The notes under the pieces are model-generated. The model had not been told where the DNA came from, made no database searches, and was given only the letters and a program-made list of their open reading frames with translations. The position numbers were made by a program, and so were the translations under genes. 64,000 nucleotides of DNA. Source: Podarcis melisellensis (Eukaryota). The DNA is taken from the NCBI GenBank assembly GCA_964234715.1, contig OZ174280.1. One strand, written 5' to 3'. Of this stretch, positions 49,300 through 61,300 are shown in pieces. Numbering within the stretch: position 1 is the first letter of the stretch; every line of letters begins with the position of its first letter.

Positions 49300-49320
49300 G
49301 GAGCTGTCCGTGGTCCTGCA
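49300..49320 (-). promoter_or_regulatory. RE1/NRSE (REST) site candidate
   Basis: Minus strand TGCAGGACCACGGACAGCTCC, 18/21 match to TTCAGCACCACGGACAGCGCC with canonical spacing. Confidence 0.55.
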
Positions 49321-49499
49321 ACCTCTGACCTGCATTGCTGGTTCATTTTATGGGATCTGGCATTGGAAAAGAATATGACACAAAGTTCCTGGTGCACAAA
49401 GGGGGTTAGCAATACTACCATCTCTTTGGCGTGTTGAAGACCTTTGAGTATTTGCAGAGAGGCCTACCTATGCAGACCTCTCTGTGATGTGATTAGGAT

Positions 49500-49655
49500 G
49501 CCAGATTAAGCCATGAAGTTCACTGGGATGATCTTCAGCCAGTCACTATATCAGCTTAACCTACCAGACAAGATTGTTGTGAGAATACAGTAAAAGATGG
49601 GGAAATAACTATGTGTGCTGCTTTGAACTCACTAGAAGAAAGATATAAATAAAAT
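49500..49655 (+). mobile_element. Old MIR-like SINE fragment
   Basis: CACTGGGATGATCTT..GCCAGTCAC...CCTACC...TTGTTGTGAG core and TATAAATAAAA tail. Confidence 0.6.
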
Positions 49656-50374
49656 ATACAAATGGAGTGGTCTGGCATTTATTCAAAATACTGCAAACCA
49701 TTTGGAGTTTGGGTGGCATGGAAAGGCTTAATTCCATACTCCATCAAAAGTATTTGAATCCACACACCTCTAGTTATTTCATGTTGCTGAAGTCCACTCC
49801 TATGTATGGATTTCCATAATCATTCATTGTCCACATTTTAATACATTTCTAGTCTTCCACCCTCCACTGCTTTTTCAATTGTTTGCTCCATCATGAGCTC
49901 CTGGCGGCTTTGCCAATTTGGAGTCTTAAAGCTTTGTAATATATACATAGTAGCTCTTGCATGTGCCTATTTTGTTTGGGGTCACCCCTGCACCATGGGA
50001 GCTATAATCTTAAAACTGTGGAAACTGTCATTCAAGTAAATTGGATAATAAATGTTCACATTTTAAATGGGTCTTTGCACATAAAGATTATCATGGGATT
50101 CAGCAAGATTGCAGGAGGTGGTTCTGTGTGAAAAGGATGAGCCACTCAAGAAGATGTAGTATGCTCTTTGCTATGGTGCTCAAAACATTAGAGCATAGCC
50201 TGGGAGCACATGGGATACGATGAAAGCAGAGCTGATTCCTGAAATGGCAGACTAGCTGTTTCACCTTACCAAAACTGCAGATTTTGCCTCAATTCTGCTT
50301 CTGAATAGCTGAGGTGAATGGACAGGAAATACTCCCATCACAAGGGTGGGGTGAGAATTGAATTCGGCATACCT

Positions 50375-50645
50375 TTGTGGCATTAACAACTTGGGAGCAG
50401 GATATATAAGGGACCGCCTCACCCAATATATCCCTGCCTAGCAACTGTACTCCTCAGATGAGGCACTGCTGAGAGAACTATATGCCTCAGGGGAGCACTT
50501 AACCTATACTGGAAACTGGGCTTTTAGTGTTGCAGCTTCAGCTCTCTGGAATCATTTGTCAGCCATAATCAGACAAGCACCTAGTGTCATGATATTTGGG
50601 TGCCTACTACAGACATTTTTGTTTAGGGCAGCTTTTCCGAGGTTT
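50375..50645 (+). mobile_element. L2-group LINE 3' coding fragment
   Basis: ALTTW/GAGYIRDRLTQYIP...AFSVAASALWNHL...LLQTFLFRAAF motif. Confidence 0.75.
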
Positions 50646-51247
50646 GACCCTGTCATTCATGAAAATTGGTTTTACTGTTTGTAGGGATGGTTGTATTGCT
50701 TTCAGAATTAGTTGAATGTTTTTTTAGGGCTTGTGTTTTACCCACATGTACTCTTACAAGCTTGCCTGAGTATTAAGATCAGCCTCGGGGAGGGGGGGGA
50801 CACCAGTTAGATGGGTAGTCCCAGAACTTTGGAACTGCTTACTCTTCAAATATAGAACAATAATAATTAATTAAGTGCAAACTGGAGGTTTCTTTTTAAA
50901 AAAAAAGTTCGTCTAGTTTCCCAACAATTAGCAGTGATCTGGCAGTGATGGCTGGATCACCGCTAGTTGTTAAGAGACTATGAGGATTTTTGTCCCAGTT
51001 TTTATTTAATTATCGCACTGTGCTTGAAGAATTGTGGCTGCCACTGGTTTAATTAATGATTTTAATTGATGTTTTTTATCGTAACAGTTATTATTTTTAT
51101 ATGTTTCTAAAGCTTGTATAAATTGCTTTCTGGGGGCAATGGGCCCTGAAAGGTGAGTTATAAATCCTTGAATAATAAATAACTAAATAAACCATTTGTC
51201 TCCCTTTCCCCCTCCCAGCTATTCTAGATGCTTGTGCTCGTCTTATT

Positions 51248-51643
51248 TAGGCAATGGGAGAGAAATGTGGCTCCATTCACATTTGAATATGAAACAACCT
51301 AATTCACACTTCCCATAAAAATATGTGAACCAAGACATGGCTATTCTTCAAAATGCTCCAGATTTGACTGTGCAAACTCAAAAATGAGTAGAACAATGTA
51401 TATATTAAAGGAAAGTGTGCCTATCATGCATTTAATAGTAAAAATAGCATACAAAGATGCATTATATTAGAAATAGTGCTTGCAAAATGTTTATATCGGG
51501 CACAACTGCATACACTAAAATACTGACAATATTTCATGAGAATTTTTTTTAAAATAAATAATGTGGAAATGTGATGAACTGAGTGTCGACTGGAAAATAT
51601 AGACACTAAGAGAAACCAAACTCAATAGATCTGCCAATCCCTA
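51248..51643 (-). mobile_element. AT-rich hAT element (family of 27535-27968), reverse orientation
   Basis: TAGGCAATGGGAGAG...GATCTGCCAATCCCTA termini; flanks GTCTTATT / GCCTTGCT (5/8). Confidence 0.7.
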
Positions 51644-54004
51644 GCCTTGCTGCACTCCAAGGGGCCTCAGCAGCTCACTTTAAATATAATTAGAGATTGT
51701 GGGGGGGGGGCAAAATCTTATCATCATTTTTTTTTGTATGCTGCCTTCCCCCCGAAAAAAAATCAACGACTTCCAAGGAGCTTATGAGAACAATACACCA
51801 CAAAATTGTGATTGCAAGAACAATTTCATAAGAACTGCAACAATAAAGCAGCAATACATAGCAAATGCAATAGCAAGCTAAATGGCAGCTGGCTCGTTCA
51901 TCTCTTCTCTAAAGTGGTACTTACCTACATCCACTGCTTTACATTTGATATTCCTCTTCGATGCTGGGGCACCTGTGAGATTCTATTTCTCCAAGCACAG
52001 CAGAGTCTGACTTGATGTTGAAGCCACATAGGTAGTAATGCTCTTGCCAGAGTCATGCATTCCATCAGCACTGGTGTGGCGGTCCATTGAGCACATTGCT
52101 CACATCGGTGCCAGCTTGCCGGAGGGGTTGTGCGTGGCTATGGCACAAGCCAAGGCAGCGAGCGGGATGGATCGCGCTGGCTGTTTTGGCTTCCTCTTTA
52201 GCCCCGCGCAATCTCTCCCTGCTTCCTATCTAGCAACCCTCCCATTCATCGACTCCTCAGACTGATTGGATCAGCTCCAACCTCTTCCGGTTCTGAGAGG
52301 CTGTCTCTGAGTGTCTTTCTGCAGTTGGCTGTAAACCTTTGCTTGGAGCTGGCTCATTCCTGACACTGTATTTTAGTGAATCAACTTGCTGGTCTCTGGA
52401 AGAAGCCTTTCCGATTGAGATCCTTTAACATGTCGTTCTATGGATCAAATGTGGGACTTTTTGTGGTCAAACCACATGCTCTGAGCATCTCTCCCTATGA
52501 CACCTACACTGCAAGATCTCTATGGTTCTTTCCGGTCTGACACGTTGGCTTAGAGGCCTACAGCAATCATGCTAATAGAAAACCAGCCCATCCACACTTT
52601 TATTTGTCCTGTGGTTTCAAGTCACATGTCCAAAAGGGGGAGAAATTGTGTCTGTGTCCCACCATCTTCCCTAGGAAAACTTGTTGTTTGCTGCTGAATG
52701 GGAGCAAACATCGGTCCACAGAAAACCCAACAGCAGGTTTTCACAAGGAAAATGGTAGGATAAAAGAAAAACCTCTCAGACCCATGACTTAAAATCATGG
52801 AATAAATGAAAGTGTGGATGAGCCTTAACAGAGAGACTGCTAATCTCTTCAGATGTTTTAGCATCACTGGAGCAAGTGGCACAGACTGTAACAGAGTGGT
52901 TCTGCTGCTAATCAGATTGAGTTGTTGGAGGAGGAGGAAGGCAAACTCCTTGCCCTCATATGGGATGGGTCCCCCCCCCCCACACACACACATCCATCCT
53001 CTAGCAGTCAATCATCTCAATCAATGAAACTGAAGCTGAAAACAAATGACTTTGTTGCAATCAAAGGTTATTCATCAGTTAAGGGTTTGGAAAGCTTTGT
53101 CATGTTAAAACCAAAATTAAGTCGTGATCAAAGGCAGAACATTTTGATTGTATACCAATATACCACACACTGGCTGTGGACTAATATGCTGACAAATATC
53201 AGATCTGATCTGATCTGAATCTAGGAAGGGGAAATAGAGCAAAGAAAGTGAAAATCAAATCTCTTCTCTGTATTATATCCTTTGGGGGATTATTGCTGAG
53301 AATTATTTCATTTCTCTGTAGAAAAACAGCATGCAGTCTAAATAAGTCCAGAGGGAAAGATGTATCTGTCAGCTAACTAAAGACCTAGATTTTGATTGAT
53401 TAAAAGTAACGTTACATTTGCATATTAGCACAGCTTCAGTATAAGTGTCCTCCCAAAAACATAGTTTTTTTCCCAAGGATGAGATGACTTTCTATTTAAT
53501 AAGCAAACACTCACTGTTAAAAGGAAAAACCATCTTTAACATTTTTGTAAATCACTTCAGGATGTTTTAAAAACCCTCTGTACAAAAATATAAGATGAAA
53601 CATAACAAGTATTGATAAAAAGTTAAAATAGGTACTTAAAATATTCAAAATATTATTAAAATCAGCAGTACTTAAAAGAAATAAAACAAATGTAACTTCT
53701 ACATGTCTGTATAGAATTGCCTAAACATAAATCTTTGAAGTAGGTGCTGAAAACAGTATAGTGAAAGCTTAAGGTGATCTCATAAGTTGATCTAGTATTG
53801 AACAGATTAAAGCTCAATGCGCTTTTGTACAGAGTAACAGACACAATTCTATATTGTGATTTTAATTTGACTTATTGCAGTTTACAATGGGAAGCAATGC
53901 CCACAAGGGAGTTGATTTCTCATATATGGTCCCATAGGTGGGGCTCTGGATATGCAGAACAAACCATGAAAGTAAGGCCTACCCATCTGTGGATCTGTTT
54001 GGAG

Positions 54005-54180
54005 CAGGCATGGCCAAACTTGGCCCTCCAGCTGTTTTGGGACTACAATTCCCATCATCCCATTTCCCATCTGTTTTGGGACTACAATTCCCATCAACAG
54101 GACCACTGGTCCTAAAATAGCTAGGGATGGTGGGAGTTGTAGTCCCAAAACAGCTGGAGGGCCACGTTTGGCCATGCCTG
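54005..54180. mobile_element. Palindromic hAT MITE with internal duplication
   Basis: CAGGCATGGCCAAAC...GTTTGGCCATGCCTG TIRs; CTGTTTTGGGACTACAATTCCCATCA present twice in the left arm; no TSD. Confidence 0.85.
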
Positions 54181-55119
54181 GCACCTCTGTGGGATTTTCC
54201 TTTCAGGTGCTTCAGCCAGACATAAATTAGACCCAGTTGCGCATTAAAGTCTTCCTGCTGGAGACTGCTCACAAGGCACCTACATATTCTCACATTTTAT
54301 TGGCCTGACTCTAGCCAGAATATATTTGATATCCCTGTTACTGTACACACAGGCAAATATCATTCTTGTTAACAATTATGCACCACTACTAGTAAAACCG
54401 TGCAGTAAACCTACAGGCACTGTGAGCTGTTCTCTAGTCAGGGATTTGCTGAAGTTATAGGCATTGGCACAGACAGACTCTCCTGCTGCTTAATACCCCA
54501 TTAGAAATTCTCCAGCTGCTTCTGGTTATATATACAATTTTAAAAGTAGCTTGGCCAGATTAAAAGGGCAGGCAGCCTGTCCATGCCATCTTGTGGGCAT
54601 TCACCCAACTCGTGAAAGGTCCTTGCTCTGAATTGATCAGATCCCCATGTAATGGAAAGTGTGAGGACTTTAACTTTAGTTTCTTATTAGAAAAGCATTG
54701 CTAGGGACCATGCTGTCCTGTTACTCAAAACTTCCCTTTGTCTTTGATATGGCTTAGGAAAAAAATGCAAAGAATGCTAATCAGCAGGCAATCAAAGCAG
54801 ACCATCTCAATCTTTGGAATGATCACTTCACGTTCATTAGCAAGATGGTTATATACTTTATTTGTGAACAGAGTAAAGCTCGGGTTTTGGATACCAATGG
54901 GTACAAAACATATTAAGGGGCCATTGGGAACAGGGCTAGTCCTCTCCCTCCAGTGACACTGAAGGCAACAGTGACATCCTCCAGCCAACATCTGATCCTC
55001 TCAGTTTTACACATGCTGAATAGGACACCTTCATAGGCCAGGTTTCTTGTCCCAATGGAAGAAGCTTTGCACACACAGAAGATGCTTCCATCAGCTGAGA
55101 CGCTGGTGTGTGTGTGTGT

Positions 55120-55270
55120 ACAAATGTGTGCATATCAGGAGAAATTCTTACCCAAATGCTAAACACTTTTCATGAGAAATTAAAACAAAAGAAAACAGAA
55201 ATTGATGTGGTAATGTGGAGAACTAAACTAAAGACTGAACAAATGAGAAACTGAGAGGAAGCCATCCCTA
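55120..55270 (-). mobile_element. Partial AT-rich hAT element
   Basis: AATGTGGAGAACTAAACTAAAGACTG...GCCATCCCTA matches the left end of 27535-27968 in reverse. Confidence 0.6.
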
Positions 55271-56174
55271 AATCAGTATTCTCATCCAGTTGTTGTCCAG
55301 AGAGCCACAAATTCACCACTCCTGCCCTTAAGGGGTTTAATAAAACTCCCTGGCCTTTTTTTCACTCACACACATTACTTGGAAACAAACATATGCACTC
55401 TCTCCACAGCTAGAAACTTAAGTACACCATTAATAGCAGCTGTTCACCATATATGCACCAAGAAATGTTTGTAAACAGAATAGTTCTTCAGCCTGGGCAG
55501 GAGAAACAGATCTATTCAAAACTTTCTATTCACACACTTTCTTGGCAATCCAACTCTACACAATACTTAACATGAGTGTCAAGTAATCAAGCACTGAGGC
55601 AGATTTCCCCAAGGAGGAGGCTTCTCTGATCCCATCGCCCAAGGCCCCAGCTGACATTAGCCAACCAAACTGTTCAGATGTATTTCCTGCCACTGTAATT
55701 CCCTTTCCCATTCTCTCCCTCTCTTTTGCTCTCTCCCTCTCTCAATCGCTCTTGTGCGCGCCTTTGTTTATTTGTGTGTTGATGTATCTATTGATTTATT
55801 GATTGCTGCCAGCTGCGCTTCATTCCTGGTTCTGCTCGCTCTGCTTGCCTTTGACTGCAGAGAGCAAAGCAGAATCAACCAGCCGTGACCTCACCCGGTG
55901 TCTAAAGAGACCTGCTCAATCGCATGCAGCTCTTCAGCAGTTCCTCATTGAGCCATGGAAGGAGCATGGAAATGCAGTCAGATCCAGCAGCTGTTTGCAG
56001 AGAAGGGAAAGACTGGGAGACTCAACTCAGCAGACTAAACCTTCCCATGAATGATTTGCACTTTTACTGTATATACAAACAGACGTCTATGCACAGAGAC
56101 CAGGTGCATCTAAATCCCATGGATCACAAGCGAGTTTTAACAGAGCAAAGTTAGAAATCCATATAACTAAGACT

Positions 56175-56583
56175 TTGTTGTTTAGTTTTTTAGTCGTGTC
56201 CGACTCTTCATGACCCCATGGACCAGAGCACGCCAGGCACTCCTGTCTTCCACTGCCTCCCACAGTTTGGTCAGACTCATGTTTGTAGCTTCAAGAACAT
56301 TGTCCCACCATCTCGTCCTCTGTCATCCCCTCCTCTTTGTGTCCTCAATCTTTCCCAACATCAGGGTATTTTCCAGAGAGTCTTCTCTTCTCATGAGGTG
56401 GCCAAAGTACTGGAGCCTCAGCTTCAGGATCTGTCATTCCAGTGAGCACTCAGGGCTGATTTCCTTAAGAATGGATACGTTTGATCTTCTTGCAGTCCAT
56501 GGGACTCTCAAGAGTCTCCTCCAGCACCACAATTCAAAAGCATCAATTCTTCAGCGATCAGCCTTCTTTATGGTGCAGCTCTC
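56175..56583 (-). mobile_element. RTE-BovB LINE, 5'-truncated 3' end
   Basis: Minus strand RIDAFELWCWRRLLRVPWTARRSN.SILKEISPE.SLE..ILKLRLQYFGHLMRREDSLE...AWRALVHGV.KSRTRL; (CAA)n tail; 9-bp TSD ACTAAGACT (56166-56174, 56584-56592). Confidence 0.95.
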
Positions 56584-57532
56584 ACTAAGACTAGGGACAT
56601 GCATTATGGGTTGTTGTTTTCATAATACAGATAGAGGCAACGGACAGAAATACAGCAGATGAAGCTTTCCCTCCTGTTTTGCTTGATAGAATTCTGCTTT
56701 CTAGTCTGCTCTCAATGATTTTTGGCCTTGTCCAAAAATCATGCTGGCGCCCTATCTCCAAATTTAGCTTGGCAAAGGGCCTGTTCTTTAAACCAACTGT
56801 GTCCAAATCTTGGTCTTCCCTGCCTCACAGTCAAGGATATATTCTACCAGCAACAGACTTTCCATGCCCTATGGCAGAGATGATTTAATAGAGATGAGCC
56901 GGCATTTGCATAAATGTTATTAAGAAGTTGCCAGAGCCCATTCGTCTTTGCAAACCTCAGCCATCCGCATCGTGTTTGTCAACTGACAATCTCATAATTC
57001 TTGCAGTCCATTTCTAATTCCAGAAATGGCTTTCAGGTATAATACCGAAGCTGCTGAAAATCTGCCTTCTGAAATTTAAAGATTGGAACTATTATGGAAA
57101 CCTATGATATTGTAGGGGGAGGGGGATGCCGGGAGGGGGGACCAATTGTGCCAGCTGATGGAAAATGTTTTTGAAATGTGCAGGAAATGCAGAGGGGGGC
57201 TGGCAGTTTCAAGGCGTCAACAGCCTACTTGTGCTGCCTCCTCTCTGCCATGATCCAAGGTAGGCAGAGGATTCCCAAACCCTGCCCTAGATGGAGCTGC
57301 TCCACTTTTCTCAAGAAGAATACTGCTGTAACTGGATCTGCACAAACTGCCATGCACCCTAATAATCACTGCAACATACATCTATAAGAACATGAAGAAG
57401 TCATTAAAACAATTTATGACTCCCTGCTGGAGATTGTAGAATTCAGAAATACTTAACATTGTTGCCTTCCCTGTTCCAAAATTATTCTTATAATTATTCA
57501 TTGCATTTCTATACTGCACTATATTTTTAAGG

Positions 57533-57913
57533 GGGACGCAAGTGGCGCTGTGGTCTAAACCACTGAGCTTCTTGGGCTTGCCGATCGGAAGGTCGGTGGT
57601 TTGAATCCCCACAATAGAGTGAGCTCCCTTTGTTCTGCCCCAGCTCCTGCCAATCTAGCAGTTTGAAAGCAATCCAATGCAAGTAGATAAATAGGTACCG
57701 CTGTGGCAGGAAGGTAAACAGCGTTTCCATGTGCTCTGGCACTCGTCACGGTTTCCCATTTGTGCCAGAAGCGGTTTAGTCATGCTGGCCACATGAGTCG
57801 GAAAGCTGTCTGTAGACAAACGCCAGCTCCCTCAGCCTGAAAGCGAGATGAGCGCCGCAACCCCATAGTCTCCTTTGACTGGGCTTAACCATCCAGGGGT
57901 CCTTTACCTTTAC
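57533..57913 (+). mobile_element. Full-length Sauria SINE
   Basis: tRNA-like head GGGACGCAAGTGGCGCTGTGGTCTAAACC...GGTTTGAATCC, body GCAAGTAGATAAATAGGTACCGCT, (CCTTTA)n tail, TSD CTATATTTTTAAGG (57519-57532, 57914-57927). Confidence 0.93.
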
Positions 57914-58222
57914 CTATATTTTTAAGGGGGGGAATCAAAATCACAAAGCATTTTACAAATGACAGTAAAACATTAAACAAACCAAATCCAGAATACAACA
58001 TTACAGAAGAACGTCAGATATAAAGTATACATTCAAAGCAACATAATTAACAGGAAACAAAAACAAATATTTCAAAATCTGGCAGGTGGGAGTTTTGAAA
58101 TGCTTCCATCATAAGTAATATCAGATGACATGGTAGGGTGGAGGAACTTACCTGACCTCCCAGAAGGTGACTTGCTGCTGCTTACTGAGAGGGATGAGGC
58201 GGCGGCAGGCGAGCTGGCAATA

Positions 58223-58695
58223 CAGTGGTACCTTAGTTCTCAAAAGCCTTGGTACTCAAACAACTTGGAACCCAAACACTGCAAACCCGTAAGTAAGTGT
58301 TCTGGTTTTCAAACTTTTTTCAAAAGTCGAACATGCTCCGTTTTGAGTGTCACACTTCCGATCTGAGTGCCACACTTCTGTTTTGAGTGTTACGCCAAGG
58401 TCTGTCTGTTTTTGCTATTTATTTTGCGTTTTTGTGGCTCTTTTTTGTTTTGTGACTGTGTGGAACCCAGTTCAGCTACTGATTGACTGATTGTGTGACT
58501 GCAGTACATTGTTTCATTTTATGGATCAATGGTCTTGTTAGACAGTAAAATTCATGTTAAATTGCTGTTTTGGGGGTTGCTTTTAAAAGTCTGGAACGGA
58601 TTAATCCATTTTGCCTAACTTTCTATGAGAAAGCGCGCCTTGATTTTGGAACGAACTTCCGGAATGGATTAAGTTTGAGAATCAAAGTGCTGCTG
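58223..58695. mobile_element. 473-bp Tc1/mariner (Tigger-like) non-autonomous element, second family
   Basis: CAGTGGTACCTTAGTTCTCAAA ... TTTGAGAATCAAAGTGCTGCTG imperfect TIRs, TA on both sides; three ~20-bp internal repeats at 58336-58395. Confidence 0.85.
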
Positions 58696-60630
58696 TACTG
58701 GATTGGCTCTGCTGGTACATTTGCACCATGCCGGTCTTGCCACCTTCTCACCCTCCTGGCGAGTAGCTGCAACTCATATGTCAGGAGGTCAGTTAAATGC
58801 CTCTGTTCCACCATACTATCAGCTGCCGATTGTAAAGGGACTTGAAAAAGAAAACTACCTACACACCTAGGGCAAAAGACACACATAAAACTGAAAGAAC
58901 CAGCATTACTTAAATCCTGCAGCACCCTATCATGTTAAATAGGTAGCAAGAGCAATACCCTTCCTGGGACAGAATAAAACTCAACAATCCAGGGAGGCTC
59001 ATTTGGCTGTTCTGCTGTATTTGTTTTAGGCAACCTTCATGGCAAAGGCAGCAGCAGCAAATATCAGAATTGTTGAATCCCATTATTACAGATCATATCA
59101 CAATGCAAATGAGCCACTATAGGGGAGCCTATTTATAGATTTCTTCTCTATTTGTTTTACACAAAGAAAGGCAAAAAATGTAAAAGATATCTAAGACTCA
59201 ATTATTTTTAAGATGGGGTACTTTGATATATTGTTTTAATTTTGTCACCGTGTGTGTTTGTATGTGAGTGGAAGTGGAGAATAAAGAATATAGAGACAAA
59301 TCTGGCTATGAAAGACAGGCCCAGTGTGCTTCTTAGCTTTAAATCAGACTTCCTCAGCCCACAAAGTCCCTGTGTGATATTAGGCAAGTTGTAGATTTTG
59401 ACCAAATAGAACCAATGGACTAGAACTCCGTGACTCAAATCCCCGTGAAGGCCTCAGTTCAAGGGAGCCATAAATATAAAAATATGGGTTAACTGTGATC
59501 CTGCTTTCGGTTCTCTTTGAACCTGCAAAAGTTTCGGGCCAGACATACTGATTTGTTTCCTGTAGATGTCAATTATGCAGTAACATTGCACAAGCATCGC
59601 AGAACAATTACAGTGGAATAATGTGTGGACTGTCCAGTATAAATTCACCACTAATGTTCTATTATTTAATCAATGTCATGTTGCAGAACACACACACACA
59701 CAAAACACACCATCTGGTTTTAATTGTTTCTATTAAAGATTGTCTTAGTTTGCAAAAGTACATATATTGCCCCATTTTCAGATCATAGAATCCTTTCTAC
59801 AAATCAGGTAGATTCGATGTGAGACTATATTGTTATAGAATGTGGATTGGGAAGAGGGGGTATCTGTAGCCTGTGGGGAATCTCAAGGTCTTGACAGAGA
59901 GACCTGGAGGGCTGCATTCAGCTCCAAGCCTCAGGTTCTCCACCACTGGCATACCTAAACAGTGGGAATGGAGCAAAAATAATCAGAGCCAACTAGAGCC
60001 ACATCACTGTCAGAAACAAATGGCATATCTCATGCACACCTACTAGCTCCAACACTTTAGAAAGTCTTTCCACACCATTCAGTATCTGACACCAAATTCC
60101 TGCTTTCAGTTTTCCCTCCCTCATGATGGTGCCTGAGTTAAGATGTTTATGGTTCTGAATGGTAGGGCCAACCCTAAGATAAAAACAAAATAAGCACTTT
60201 TTACAACTTATGCAGTATAACACATTCCTAGCCTTCTGGCACAGCAGTCTTATGAAGGTCTTTAGGGCAGTTGGAAAGGGAAGGGAAAGGAAAGGTGACG
60301 CATTTAGCCTACTACTATGACATGGTTTTGCTACTTGATGGAAGGTGACAGAGATGGTATTGATTTAAATTCATACCCCACCTTTCTGCACAATGGTGTC
60401 CAAGTCAGATAAATACAAAATAAAATGCACAACATATACAACACACAACATAAAATACACAAAAGGAATCCTCACTGGAATAGTTATAGACCCCAAACAC
60501 ACACACGCAATGTAGCTGTCTAACACTCAGTAGCAGAGTGATTCATTTATTTATGCTGGACTTGGGGTGAGGTTGGATTGAGAACCGCTGAACCAGCCTT
60601 CTGCTGGTCGCAGAATGTGTGGTTGGACAG

Positions 60631-60882
60631 GAAGAAGAAGAGTAGTTTGGATTTGATATCCCGCTTTATCACTACCCGAAGGAGTCTCAAAGCGGCTAAC
60701 ATTCTCCTTTCCCTTCCTCCCCCACAACAAACACTCTGTGAGGTGAGTGGGGCTGAGAGACTTCAGAGAAGTGTGACTAGCCCAAGGTCACCCAGCAGCT
60801 GCATGTGGAGGAGCGGAGACGCGAACCCAGTTCTCCAGATTACGAGTCTACCGCTCTTAACCACTACACCACACTGGCTCTC
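60631..60882 (-). mobile_element. Young MIR/Ther1-related tRNA SINE with (CTT)n tail
   Basis: Minus strand GAGAGCCAGTGTGGTGTAGTGGTTAAGAGCGG (A box), GGTTCGCGTCTCC (B box), CTGGGTGACCTTGGGCTAGTCAC core; CpGs intact. Confidence 0.88.
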
Positions 60883-60931
60883 ACTGTAGCCTTATTAGAG
60901 CCTTATTAGAGTTCACCGATTGGGTCTGCAT

Positions 60932-61300
60932 TGCTCCGGGACAGGAGGAAGGAAGTCAAAATGACACCGAGGTTGTTTCAAAGAAAGAGTTTATTCTGCT
61001 CTTCTGAATGCTGTGGTGAGTCCACAGCAAGTACAAAGAAATGACAGGTTTCATGCAGTTTATATATCCTCCAGGCACCCTCTCACTCCTCCCCTAGGAG
61101 CCCAACCACGTTGGCGTACATACACAGGTTGACATCACATATGTTCCTGCTCTGGTACTCTCAACCATAAAGGTATCTTCCTTCCTGTACTTCTGACCAT
61201 AAAAGGATATTCCTGTTCCTACTCCTATCTTGGAGCAAGAGGTCACTACTTCCGAGAACATGCTCTGGCGTTAGTCCCAGACTTGGGTCTCTGCATCATT
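60932..61300 (-). mobile_element. ERV-like solo LTR candidate (boundaries uncertain)
   Basis: Minus-strand TATATAAA (61059-61066) followed by AATAAA (60990-60995); duplicated ACCATAAA(A)GG.AT.TTCC blocks upstream as in U3; no clear TSD. Confidence 0.45.

Noticed and set aside
56210-56662. 150-aa plus-strand ORF
   Set aside because: It is the antisense reading of the BovB fragment.
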